64,000 nt of DNA from Eledone cirrhosa. Lineage: Eukaryota. The translations under genes and the position numbers were made by a program. A model generated the notes under the pieces. That model was not told where the DNA came from, ran no database searches, and worked only from the letters and a program-made list of their open reading frames with translations. Location of the stretch: contig OZ024742.1 of the NCBI GenBank assembly GCA_964016885.1, forward strand, positions 71,114,001-71,178,000, given 5' to 3'. Of the stretch, positions 38,387-51,287 are shown piece after piece (position 1 is the stretch's first letter; each line of letters opens with the position of its first letter).

Positions 38387-38941
38387 TTTAGCAGTATAGC
38401 AGAATGCTTGGTCGTTAGTTGCCAGTGTGGTAAGTGATAGTATCCTCGTTGGATTATCTTGTCGACATAGACGTGAGGGAAGGTCCCTCAATCTATTTAC
38501 CATCTTAGTATTTACAATATTCCATTCGTCAGGTCACCAATTCCAGCAGCGTGGATTATAGATGTTATTGAGACACGAGTAACATAATAATGATTTCAAC
38601 AGCAGAAATTAGAGATGAAATGTATGTTTATTTTTGATGTAGCACAAACAATGTTTGTTAACTTATATGGTTGAAGTTACAGATAAAAAGGTTACAAAAG
38701 GGAATGTGCCATTGCGCCGAAAAGCCGGCGAGGCTAGGGTGCAATATCTCACCGTTACATTATGCGTGTTGCTGGTTCGAAGTTTCTGGTACAAGAGAGA
38801 GAGAGATTCTTCAAATCTTCACGGGGAATTTCTTCCTCAGGGCGCGTAGGGATACATCCTCTTCTACTGGCGCTGATTGGCTGAACTGAGCCAAACACGC
38901 ACAGAGAATGTATGTGAGCCCGCGGAATGTAGGTCACTACA
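38387..38941. mobile_element. Possible solo LTR
   Basis: Flanked by ctat on both sides, ends CTACA, starts TTTAG (degenerate TGTAG); CpG-richer than its flanks. Confidence 0.4.
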
Positions 38942-39329
38942 CTATAACAATAGAATTTTTTTTCCTGTAACTCCCAAGGGAGTCATAAGGGTGCCATATA
39001 GACATATGGCGTTTCTAGGGTATTTTAAAACCTAGCAGAGCTCATCTCCTCTCAAGTTCTGAGTACAACAGATTTCTTTCAGAAAAGGATAGAGAATGAG
39101 AGAATTGAAGGCAGAAAGAGATATAGAGGAAGAATCGACCCCAGTACTAGACTGGTACTTTTTTTTTTATCGATCTCGAATGGATGAAAGGCAAAATTAA
39201 CCATGGTGGGATTTGAATTCAGATAGCCGAAACGAATACTGCAAAGCATTCTTTCCAGCTTTCTAACGACTCTGCCAATTTGTCACCAGTTCCCCAATAG
39301 AAGAGAGAGGAGGGACTGCCCTTTAGGGT

Positions 39330-40700
39330 AATTTCAGGAAGAATCCCACACAAAACCTGGATTACTTTGTTGACTTATGGGCATTGAAAGTGCCCCTTTC
39401 CAGTTTCTTTTTCCCCCTGTTTAGGAAAGCCTTGTCAGATTAGGCCTGTTCAGCCATGTCAATCTTGCCACTCTCACTCATCTTTCACAAAACATACTAG
39501 AAGGCAGCACCTTCCTCTCTACCTCACTTTCTTCCTCAAGTGAAAGTTGAAGAAGTTGAGAGCTTGGCTGGAGAAGTTGATTCCTGTCCTCAGTGCTTTT
39601 AGACAAGTCCACCATATAGCTTTTTGCCATAGCTACCAGGCAGAGGAAGGCTTACTGCATCTCCCTTTTAAAAGAAGGTGGCAGTTCAATCTTCACTATA
39701 GACCCTGCTGATAAGTAGATCAGTCCTACATGTGATAGCAATTGTTAAATACAACCCCACAAGTCTACAATGCATAGGCACTGGGCAATAGCATGTAGGA
39801 CAGTTTCATCACTCTCCATGCATCTTGGACAGGTTAAACTATTGGTACTTCTGTAGCTGTGGAGCCCCTCTGTAGAGCTACCATGCCAAGGATTTTTGGA
39901 AATCATCCATAATCCCCAACACGAAAGTCCTCCAGAAGTGCCTGTTCCAACTGTCCTTGTCAATGTCCAGAACAATTTCCAGCTCATCATTGCTCATATC
40001 TTCCACTAACCATCTATAGAATGCAAGTGTTGTTTTATGGCTGTCTATTTCATTGTTCAGCTTGTAAAGTGTTGTGAGTGCCTGGCAGCACTCTAGATGC
40101 CAGGCACCCAGCTTTGGTCTATGCTTGGTTCAGGACTGTATTTTAGCGATGAGCTGCAGCAAGACATGTTGCACAAAAGGCATTCAAACTGTTTGGCTTT
40201 TGTTTTTGTTGTCTTTGTAGTACTTAAGGTAATTCTACAGTTAGGCATAGTGTGTGTCCATGCATTATTGGGATAGCATCCTGAGGCTACCATGGAGTGT
40301 ATGTTGGCAACAAATGAATTTTCTCTATCAATGACAAGTGCCAAAATCTTCAGCCGTTTTACAGAACTGCAGTTTTTTATGTCACTCTTGTTTAGGTCTT
40401 TTCTTAGTAGTGTCACAACTCCCCAGCTTACATGACTGGGAATGCTACTTGTCGCTGAGGTGTAGCAGACAGCTACTAAGACCATCGCAAACAAGTCTGA
40501 CATATAGAAATAGAACTCATAGGGTAAACCATCCAATCCTGATGCTTTGTCCCCCACACACTGGCTCAGCATGTTAGCCACTTTATCTGCTAAGATCTGC
40601 AACATTCTGCATTCCTGCTTAAGTTGCGGCAGGTTGTTGAAGGGTTTTTAGGTAATCTGTGCTTCCACATGAATGACACTTAGACTTTGTACCTTCAACT
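39330..40700 (-). mobile_element. Decayed L1/Tx1-clade LINE
   Basis: KASGLDGLPYEFY (pre-RT motif) and C-terminal CPRC...ETVLHAIAQC zinc knuckle. Confidence 0.75.
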
Positions 40701-40798
40701 ACAACCTGCAACTACTGATTGTTTAGTAAATCAATTATGGCTAGTATCATGTCTAGAGTTTCTGGTTTTATTGGAATTAGAATTTCCAATCTGATTCG

Positions 40799-41132
40799 GA
40801 GGCACATGGCTTAGTGGTTAGAGCATTGGCCTTGCAATCGAAAGGTTGTAAGTTTAATTCTCAGACCGGGTGATGTGTTGTTTCCTTGAGTAAGAGACTT
40901 TATTTCACATTGCTCCAGTTTACTCAGCTGTAGAAATGAGATGATAGGGACTGGGGTCCCTATCATTCCACTGTAAAGTGGAAGTGTAGGTGCCGCGGCA
41001 AAAAAGCACCCAGCACTCACTGTAAATGAGGTTGGTGTTAGGAAGGGCATCCAGCTGTAGAAATCAAGCCAGAATCAGTTTCCGTCCCACCCTTGCAAGC
41101 AGGGAAAAGTGGACGTAAAATGATGATGATGA
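40799..41132 (+). mobile_element. tRNA-derived SINE with RTE-derived 3' tail
   Basis: tggcttagtggttagagca tRNA-like head, central domain, tail aggaagggcatccagctgtagaaa...ggacgtaaaa(tga)n shared with the RTE 3' UTR. Confidence 0.88.
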
Positions 41133-42328
41133 TTCCTGACCAGTTTCTTGACATGTTTCCAGAACATTTTTATTTGTAATATTCCTAGAGCCATGCATCT
41201 CACCATCCATTTATTTTCATGACTCTTTGGCCCATATACATGGAACAGAATATGTATTCCTCACTCTTGCATGGAGTGTATTTTTGCCTGAGCTTCCATA
41301 TAGAAATTTACTCTTACACACTCATGTTGTCTTGTTCATATTACAAAGTCAGTGTCGCCTCCATGTGGAACTCAGACAGCTACCAATGTGTCCATGAGAT
41401 GCCATTTCTAAACATTGGTTATTAACAGGCAGACATTATTATATTACCAATTCTATGGCCATTTCTTCGAGAAGTTGTGGTGGTATGGTAAATGAGATCT
41501 TCCTGCTTTCTGTATGTATGATTTTAATGGTCTTTTCCATGTGCATATGCATATTTTCCAAGGATACACAGCCAAATGATTTTGGAACTTCAGCAAAGGA
41601 GGTAGCCTTCAGAATACTAATATAGTTGTTGTCATTGTTCATGTCAATGATGTTGTTGTTAGTGATGTAATTGTTGCTGCTACCATTTCCAGCTGGTGTA
41701 GCAGTTCTGGAGGCAGTTCAGTTGCAAGAAGTGTTGTTGAGAGTGACAACAGAGGAGCTGTTTGGATTTAACATAATGTAATTTTCACTAAAATTATTAT
41801 TCTCTTTTCAAAGTGGTTTTTCAAATGTTTCTTTGGTGGTGTGGATGTTGTTATTGTTGTTGGTGGTGTTATTGCTTCTATTTTTTTTGTTATTGTTGTG
41901 GGTGATGGTGACAGTGAAGTTAGGTTGTTGATTTCTACTGCTTATTTTGACAGAATCAAGGTCAGCCACAAAGTCTATAAATAGATTGTGGTCACCTTCC
42001 CCTTTGAAGTGTGTGTGTGTGTTAGTGTCAAAGTATGTCTGTGTGTATTTGATCCCACTGCCTGACACCATTTTGAGCAAGTATCTTTTACTATAGCCTC
42101 AGTTCACTAAAACCTTGCCAGTGGAGTTTGGTAATGGAATATATAGCATATATAGCATCGTTTTTAAGCACACTTTTCCATGCTGGCATGGGTTGGATAT
42201 GATGTTGTGAGGCAATGTTTTACTGCAGGATGCCTTCCTGACACCAACCCTTTTAGTCACCTCTTACAACACACAGGAATAAGGTGTATTTATTCTAAAA
42301 AAAAAAGGATACATATGGTATATTCAAC

Positions 42329-42330
<2 letters not shown>

Positions 42331-42420
<90 letters not shown>

Positions 42421-42626
42421 ATATATATATATATATACATATATATATAATATATATATATATAATATACATATATATAATATATATATATAATATATAT
42501 ATAATATACATATATATACATATATATATAATATATATATATATAATATACATATATATAATATATATATATAATATATATATAATATACATATATATAC
42601 ATATATATATAATATATATATATAAT
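42331..42626. repeat. Compound (TA)n microsatellite
   Basis: About 300 bp of TA-based repeat. Confidence 0.95.
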
Positions 42627-44815
42627 ATCATCATCATCACCGTTTTACGTCCGTTCTTCCACGCTAGCATGGGTTAGACGGGTTGTCCTGTTGTGGGCAG
42701 TGTCTGGTTGGCTGACCATGCCTTGCTCATACAGGAACTGATCTGGCTTGATTTCTACAGCTGGATACCCTTCCTAACACCAACCTCATTTAGAGTGAGT
42801 GCTGGGTGCTTTTTCGTGACGCCTACACGCCCACTTTACAGTGTGGGCTGGGTGCTTTTTTGCCGTGGCATCTCCACGACCACCTTGCGGTGGGGGGTGT
42901 GGGGGCATATTGTCTATATGCTTCAGCTTGTACCCATGGGAGGTCGGGTACTCTGTATTACTGCGTGACGCCAGAAGTCACGGTCGTGTGTCATTGCCTT
43001 TGAGAGGTGTAATTGGGTAAGGTCGGCTTTTATCACCTCATCCCAGGTCATCTTGGGTCTCCCCACTCCGCGGTTTCCATCAACTTCTAGTGCTCTGCAC
43101 CTTTTTATGCAGCTGTCATCCTTCATACGCATCACATGTCCATACCAGCACAACCGCCTCTCCTGCACACAGCATTTGATTCCTCTTATGCTCAGTCTCT
43201 CTCTCAATTCATTTATGCTTTGTCGTTCACGTATATTACTGTTACACATCCATCGGAGCATGCAGGCTTCGTTTCTCTCTAATCTACGTAAGTCTTCCAC
43301 CTTCAGCGCCTAGGTCTCACTACCATGCAACATTGCTGTTCGGATACACGCATCATACAGTCTGCCTTTCATTCTGAGGGAGAAGCCTTTTGCAGCTAGC
43401 AGTGGTAGTAGTTCCTTAAACTTCTTCTATCCCGTTCTTACCCTAGTTATTGTACTTTCTGAACACCCACCTCCGCTGCTAATTCGGTCACTTAGGTAGC
43501 AGAAGCTGTCTACCGTTTCTACAGAGCCCTCCCAGAGATTGGTGGTACTTGTTTCCTGTGGCTGTTTGCTGCTTGCTGTCTCAGCACAGCTGCTGCATGT
43601 GAAGCCTACATTCTTAATTAAGCTTCCTGAGATCCCGCTACATCTCTTGTGTACCCATTGTTTGCATTTGGGGCAGAGAATGGAGTTCCTACCTACACCT
43701 TTCCTACATACTGAGCAAGGCCATTTCCCTGAGGGGATCTGGGTTCTGTTTTCTCGTCTACTTACAAGGACCTTAGTCTTTGTCATGTTGACTTTGAGAC
43801 CCTTTCTTTCTAGTCCCTGCTTCCAAGTTTGGAATTTATTCTCTAGTTCTACCGTAGATTCAGCTATGAGTGCGAGGTCATCAGCATACAGGAGTTCCCA
43901 TGGGCATCTGGTCTTAAACTCCTCCGTTATTGCCTGCAGGACTATGATGAACAGAAGAGGGCTAAGAACAGAGCCCTGGTGGACCCCAACCTGTACGCTA
44001 AATTCCTCGCTATGCTCATTGCTAATCCTAACTTTGCTGACTGCTCCCCTATACATGGCTTGTACCGCTTTCACAAGCCATTCATCTACTCCTAGTTTTC
44101 TAAGAGCCCACCAGATTACAGCACGTGGAACTCTGTCAAAGGCTTTCTCAAGGTCGACAAATGCCAAGTAGCGTGGCTTACTTTTAGCTAGGTACTTTTC
44201 CTGTAATTGCCTCACAAGGAAGAGGGCATCAGTGGTGCCTCTTCCTGGTACAAACCCAAATTGCATCTCATCTATTTCCACCCGGTCCCTAATCAACTGT
44301 GCTATAACTCTTTCTGTTACTTTCATGACCTGGTCCATCAACTTTATACCTCTATAGTTTCCTCTATCTAGTGCATCGCCTTTACCTTTGTAGCAGTTGA
44401 CAATGATGCTACTGCACCAATCTTTTGGTATGACACCTTCTAGTATTACCTGGTTAACAATACGTGTGGTTATAGTGTGACCTACAGACCCAGATGCCTT
44501 CAGCATCTCGGCAGCTATACCCGATGGACTGGTTGCCTTCCCCATCTTCATTTCTTTGATTGCCTTACTTACTACGCTGCTGCTGACTTGTACTGCTGGT
44601 CCCTCTATAGGGTCTACTTGGGGTAGGGTCTCTTCTTCGCATGCATTCTCCTCATTTAGTAATCTATCATAATGACTCTTCCATGCATCTTTCTTCTCAG
44701 CACTTGTCATTCCGGATACACTTCTCTCCAATGACATCACAACTATCTCTGACACACTGCCTCGCAATCTTGAATACCTCCTGTTTCTGGTCCTCGCGTT
44801 GCAAAACATGCTTGA
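42627..44815 (-). mobile_element. 5'-truncated RTE LINE (copy A)
   Basis: RT motifs QFGFVPGRGTTDA, FVDLEKAFDRV, GVHQGSVLSP, YADD; PHD-like finger; in-frame stops near 43427 and 43311; (GAT)n tail. Confidence 0.95.
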
Positions 44816-44831
44816 TATATATATAATATAT

Positions 44832-46776
44832 ATCATCATCATCATCATCGTTTAACGTCCATGTTCCACGCTTGCATGGGTTTGGACGGGAGTTTTCCCA
44901 CTTGAGGCAAGAGTGGTTGTCATTGCTCGCATAGGACTGTCTGGCGCGTTTTCTACAGCTGGATGCCCTTCCTAACACCAACCACATTTACAGTGTGGGG
45001 CTGGGAGGTTTTTACCGTGTTGCCTACACGGCCACATTACAGCGTGGACTGTGTGTTTTTTTGTCGTGACACCTACATAACTTTACATTGAAAGGGGGGG
45101 TGTGGGGTGGGTGGGACGGGGGTGTATTTTGTTAGAGATGCCTACTGACTGTAGTAGGTTTTTACTTTGTATTTAGGTAAGGCGGGTCTTCTCTATTACT
45201 GAGTACCGCCAAAGGTCTCGGTCCAGTGACATTGTCTTGGAGAGGTGTAAGTGTGTGAGGTCGGAATTTATCACCTCGTCCCAGGTTTTTCTGGGTCTGC
45301 CTACTCCGTGGCTACCGTCTATCTTTATTACCCTGCAGTCGTCTTTCATGCGCATCACGTGACCGTACCAACGTAGCCTTCTCTCGAGTAAACAACATCT
45401 GATCCCTCTTATTTCTAATTTTTTCCTTAGTTCGTTTATGCTTTGCCGTTCACGTATATTACTATTACACATCCAGCGGAGCATGCAAGCTTCGTTCCTC
45501 TCTAGTCTGCGTATATCCTCTGCACACAATGCCCAGGTCTCACTGCCATGCAACATTGCTGTTCGTATGCAGGCATCATACAACCTGCCTTTCATTTTTA
45601 GGGAGAACCCTTTAGCGGCTAATAGTGGTATAAGCTCTCTGAACTTTTTCCATCCAGTTCTGACTCTAGCTACTGTACTTTCAGAGCACCCTCCCCCACT
45701 GCTGATTTTGTCACCCAGGTAACGGAAGCTGTCCACTATTTCTATAGAACCCTCTGCGCAATTGAAAGAGCTAGTATTTTGTGGGCACTTGCTGCTACTT
45801 ATTGCACCAGAGCACCGGCCACATGTAAAATCTATGTTCTTAGTTAGCTTACCTGTGATCCCACTACATCTTTTATGCACCCATACTTTGCATTTGGGAC
45901 ATAAAATGGAGTTTCTACCTACGCCTTTCCTACACACTGAGCATGGCCATTTCCCGGAAGGGACCGGCGCCTTATTTTCTTTCCTACAAACTAGAACTTT
46001 AGTCTTAGCCAGGTTAATTTTAAGGCCTTTTGATTCTAGGCCGTGCTTCCATGTTTGGAATTTCTTCTCTAGCTCGGCCATTGATTCAGCTATGAGCGTT
46101 AGATCATCTGCGTATAGGAGTTCCCATGGGCAGCCAGTCTTGAACTCCTCTGTTATAGCCTGAAGGGCAATAATAAATAGTAGGGGACTAAGAACAGAGC
46201 CCTGATGGACACCAACTTTTACGCTAAACTCTTCGCTATATTCGTTGTTAATTCTAACCTTGCTGACTGTTTCTTTATACATGGCTTGTATAGCTCTCAC
46301 AAGCCATTCGTCAACACCTAGTTTTCTAAGAGCCCACCAGATAATGGAACGAGGGACTCTGTCGAAGGCTTTCTCCAGGTCGACAAAAGCTAAGTATAGG
46401 GGTTTACTTTTAGCTAGGTACTTCTCCTGTAGTTGTCGTACAATGAAAAGAGCGTCTGTGGTACTTTTGCCTGACACAAACCCGAACTGCATTTCATCTA
46501 GATCAATTCGCTCTCTGATTAGTTGTGCTATTACTTTTTCCGTGACCTTCATGACCTGGTCGATTAATTTAATGCCTCTATAGTTACTCCTATCTAGGGC
46601 GTCTCCTTTACCCTTGTAACAGTTAACGATGATGCTGCTACGCCAGTCCTTCGGAACAACCCCATTCTGTATGACTTGGTTTACTATCCGGGTGACCATG
46701 GTGTGTCCCACCGTTCCAGAGGCTTTCTGCATCTCAGCAACTATTTCCGAAGGCCCAGCCACCTTACCCGTCTTCA

Positions 46777-46777
<1 letters not shown>
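44832..46777 (-). mobile_element. 5'-truncated RTE LINE (copy B), 534-aa uninterrupted ORF
   Basis: ORF 45173-46777 with a complete RT core (YADD); no endonuclease domain; (GAT)n tail. Confidence 0.96.
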
Positions 46778-46811
<34 letters not shown>

Positions 46812-46818
46812 TATATAT

Positions 46819-48777
46819 ATGTATCAAAAACGTGAGGTGTTCAGGATTGCTAGGCAATGTGTCAAGGAAAACCGTGATATTGTCGGGGATAAGTGTGTAC
46901 TTAATGATGATGGTGTACTTGCCATCACTGACGCTGATAAGAAGGTAGCTTGGAAGTGTCACTACGAAAGGCTACTAAATGAGGAGAATAAATGGGAGAA
47001 AGACAGTCTCCCCCACATCGACCCAATAGAGGGACCAGCAGTGTTAGTCGAAGGTAGTATAATAAGTAAGGCAATCAAAGATATGAAGACGGGTAAGGCG
47101 GAAATAGTTGCTGAGATGCTGAAAGCCTCTGGAACGGTGGAACACACCATGGTCACCCGGATAGTAAACCAAGTCATACAGAATGGAGTTGTTCCAAAGG
47201 ACTGGCATAGCAGCATCATCATTAACTGTTACAAGGGTAAAGGAGATGCCCTAGATAGGAGCAACTATAGAGGCATTAAATTAATCGACCAGGTCATGAA
47301 GGTCACGGAAAAAGTAATAGCGCAACTAATCAGAGAGAGAATTGATCTAGATGAAATGCAGTTCGGGTTTGTGTCAGGCAAAAGTACCACAGACGCTCTT
47401 TTCATTGTACGACAACTACAGGAGAAGTACCTAGCTAAAAGTAAACCCCTATACTTAGCTTTTGTCGACTTGGAGAAAGCCTTCGACAGAGTCTAACGCT
47501 CATAGCTGAATCAATGGCCGAACTAGAGAAGAAATTCCAAACATGGAAGCACGGCCTAGAATCAAAAGGCCTTAAAATTAACCTGGCTAAGACTAAAGTT
47601 CTAGTTCGTAGGAAAGAAAATAGGGCACCGGTCCCTTCCGGGAAATGGCCATGCTCAGTGTGTAGGAAAGGCATAGGTAGAAACTCCATTTTATGTCCCA
47701 AATGCAAAGTATGGGTGCATAAAAGATGTAGTGGGATCACAGGTAAGCTAACTAAGAACATAGATTTTACATGTGGCCGGTGCTCTGGTGCAATAAGTAG
47801 CAGCAAGTGTCCACAAAATACTAGCTCTTTCAATTGCGCAGAGGGTTCTATAGAAATAGTGGACAGCTTCCGTTACCTGGGTGACAAAATCAGCAGTGGG
47901 GGAGGGTGCTCTGAAAGTACAGTAGCTAGAGTCAGAACTGGATGGAAAAAGTTCAGAGAGCTTATACCACTATTAGCCGCTAAAGGGTTCTCCCTAAAAA
48001 TGAAAGGCAGGCTGTATGATGCCTGCATACGAACAGCAATGTTGCATGGCAGTGAGACCTGGGAATTGTGTGCAGAGGATATACGCAGACTGGAGAGGAA
48101 CGAAGTTTGCATGCTCCGCTGGATGTGTAATAGTAATATACTTGAACAGCAAAGCATAAACGAACTAAGGCAAAAATTAGAAATAAGAGGGATCAGATGT
48201 TGTTTACTCGAGAGAAGGCTACGTTGGTATGGTCACGTGATGCGCATGAAAGACGACAGCTGTATAAAAAAGTGCAGGGCAATAAAGATAGACGGTAGCC
48301 ACGGAGTAGGCAGACCCAGAAAAATCTGGGACGACTTGATAAATTCCGACCTCACACACTTACACCTCTCCAAGACAATGTCACTGGACCGAGATCTTTG
48401 GGGGGTACTCAGTAATAGAGAAGACCCGCCTTACCTAAATACAAAGTAAAACCTACTACAGTCAGTAGGCACCTCTAACAAAATAACCCCCCCCCCCCCC
48501 CACCGCCCCTTTCAATGTAAAGTTATGTAGGTGCCACAACATCCAGAGGCCGAAAAAACACACAGTCCACGCTGTAATGTGGCCGTGTAGGTAACACGGT
48601 AAAAACCTCCCAGTCCCACACTGTGAACGTGGTTGGTGTTAGGAAGGGCATCCAGCCATAGAAAACCCGCCAGACAGTCCTATGCGAGCAAGACAACCAC
48701 TCTTGCCTCAAGTGGGAAAACTCCCGTCCAAACCCATGCAAGCGTGGAATATGGACGTTAAACGATGATGATGATGA
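46819..48777 (+). mobile_element. 5'-truncated RTE LINE (copy C) with internal deletion
   Basis: Near-identical to B in opposite orientation; deletion at ~47493 removes the segment from after AFDRV through YADD. Confidence 0.96.
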
Positions 48778-50132
48778 TATATATACATATATATAATATA
48801 TATATATATATATAATATATATATAATATATATATACATATATATATATAGAGCGAGAGAGAGAGAGAGAGAGTACAGTTTCTATTTACCAAATTCACTC
48901 AAAGTATTGGTCAACCCAAGGCTAAAGTAGAAAACACTTGCGCAAGGCGTGGGAAAGAATCTGAAACCATGTGGTTGCAAAGTGAATGTTTTAACCTCAC
49001 AGCCATGTCTGTGTTATTATAGTTATTCAAGTGGTAGACCCAGAAGGCATAAGATGAAGTTGTGATGACTAACCTTAGGAAGTTAGACCTCACAATGGAG
49101 ATGACAAAGGTCCATGATGATTGAAGACATGCAATGCAAGAAATAACTTACCCTCCACTATAAACGGAGTGCCCAATATCTCATTATTAACACCATCCTG
49201 TTTTTATTCCTACAGCATTATATCACTTTATTCTTCCTCCTCATCTATCTATTATATCATCTTTACAACAACCATGTGATATTTCTTCTGTCCATACTTG
49301 ACCTCACCACCATTTTATTATTATTTTCATCCTCACTATACTCCCTCACTCCCTCCCTTTACTTAATTTCATTTTGTTTCATCTCCATTCACTCCGTTCT
49401 ATTTTTGCTCTTTAACATGTTTACCTTAGAACAAGAGAGTACAGAATGCATTTTATAGTGTTGGTATTACTATAAAATGTGTCTTGTACTCTCCATGAAG
49501 TTGTTGACTTTCAATTAGTAATAACATAGGGTTCTTCAATCAAATGAATAGGTTGAAAACCTCACTAGTGCTAATGGCACAATAAAATGCACCCAGTAGA
49601 CTCTGTAAAATGGTTGAGAATCTAACCATAGAAACCATGCCAAAAAGGGTTAAGAAAATTCTTCAGTCACATCATAGACATGATAATCCTATGAGTGGTA
49701 GTATATATATTCTTCTATTTTTCATTAGAGGCAGAGTGTGAGACTGGCATGAACTGCTGGGTACCTTATCCGGTAGTAATGGCTACCAAACACAATGTAT
49801 AGACCAATCTAGCGACTTGGGCGGCCTGCTGAAGAAGTGCAATGCCCGGTTATGTAAATATCTGCTGATATTACGTGACTTTCTGAACATTGTGGATTTA
49901 ATATCTGTATTTGGGAAGTTATGTTGCACAGAAGCAATATCATCTAGGAGTTCAGATTTTTACTTATATTTCTACCAAAACACAGCCACCGTAACTGCTA
50001 TTAACTAAATGTGTGTACTCTGAACAGCTGGTTGCAGTTGCATTACTGCAATTTGGCAGATTCATTGAGTGAGCTAGACATTGGCTGGAGACTGTTGACT
50101 TAATACCAATGATCTTCGTTACATTTATATAT

Positions 50133-50925
50133 ATCATCATCATCATCATCATCATCATTTTACGTCCGCTTTTCCCTGCTTGCAAGGGTGGGACGGGTCT
50201 TATTCAGCACAGCATCTCTCCACTCGTCACGGTCCCTCGTCATCTCCACCGTGAGCTTCAATGATCTGAGGTCTGTTCTCACCACCTCCGCCCATGTTTT
50301 TCGTGGTCTACCTCTACCACGTCTTCCTTCAACTGGCAATTCCTGGCACTTCTTCACCCATCGGTCATCCTCCATGCGCATCACATGTCCATACCACCTC
50401 AGTCTCCTCTCCCGTACACTACATTCTATCCCTCTCAGACACAGTTTCTCTCTCAACACATTTATGCTGGGTCGTTCACGCACATCCAACGGAGCATGCT
50501 TGCCTCATTTCTCTCCAGCCGTCGCATATCCTCTGCAGTTGCTGCCCATGTCTCACTACCATGCAGCATCGCGCTCCTCACACAGGCATCATGCAACCGG
50601 CCTTTCATACGCAGGGAGAAACCCTTCTTCGTCAACAGAGGAAGCAGCTCCCTAAACTTCTTCCAACACGTCCTTATTCTAGATACTATGGCCTCGGAAC
50701 ACCCTCCTCCCATGCTAATCTGATCTCCTAGGTACCGGAAGCTATCCACCACTTCTATAGCGCCCTCCTGCATTTGAAAAATGTGTCTATCAATGCGACT
50801 TCTACTGTCTAATTTCCCTGTACATCTACTGCATACATGTTTCTCCCTACCTGTTAGTTTGCCTGCTATCCCGCTACATCTCTTGTGTACCCAGGATCTG
50901 CATTGTGTGCATTTTATAGAATTAT
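50133..50925 (-). mobile_element. RTE LINE 3' fragment (copy D, different subfamily)
   Basis: FRYLGD, AMLHGSETW, RRLRWYGHV, GRPRKTW; TA tracts at both ends. Confidence 0.92.
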
Positions 50926-50940
50926 ATTATATATATATAT

Positions 50941-51287
50941 AATTATTGAGTAAAATGACAGGAGGCTGGACTGGTGAAATTCCTTTAAAGATTTATTTTA
51001 GCAAACACTGTGGACATTTCATTGGCCAGGTTACGTAATATCCTGGTGACATCAGGTGTATATTGCATAATAGTTATATAATAAAGGAATAATGGTAATC
51101 ACAATCCAAGAGGCTATAAGGAGAGAAAGCAGATAAAAAAAACAGGAAAAAAGTTTTTGACTCAAAGGCAATCAAGAGGGCCAGTTGTTGTCAGTTTGGC
51201 CACTGAATTGTACATAGTGTTTGCTGAAATAAATCTTTGAAGGAATTTCACCAGTCCGGCCTCCTGTCATTTTACTCAATAATAATT
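50941..51287. mobile_element. Element with ~68-bp terminal inverted repeats (MITE or Penelope pLTR-derived)
   Basis: ttattgagtaaaatgacaggagg...agcaaacact is mirrored at 51217-51284. Confidence 0.75.

Noticed and set aside
42180-42677. IY-rich ORFs (also 37384-37713 and 63157-63379)
   Set aside because: Translations of (TA)n microsatellites.
43539-47833. Antisense ORFs over RTE copies (43539-44171, 45762-46163, 47435-47833)
   Set aside because: Shadow frames of the RT ORF.
49700-50123. Possible LTR fragment beginning TGTAACG on -
   Set aside because: No defined second end or TSD could be established.
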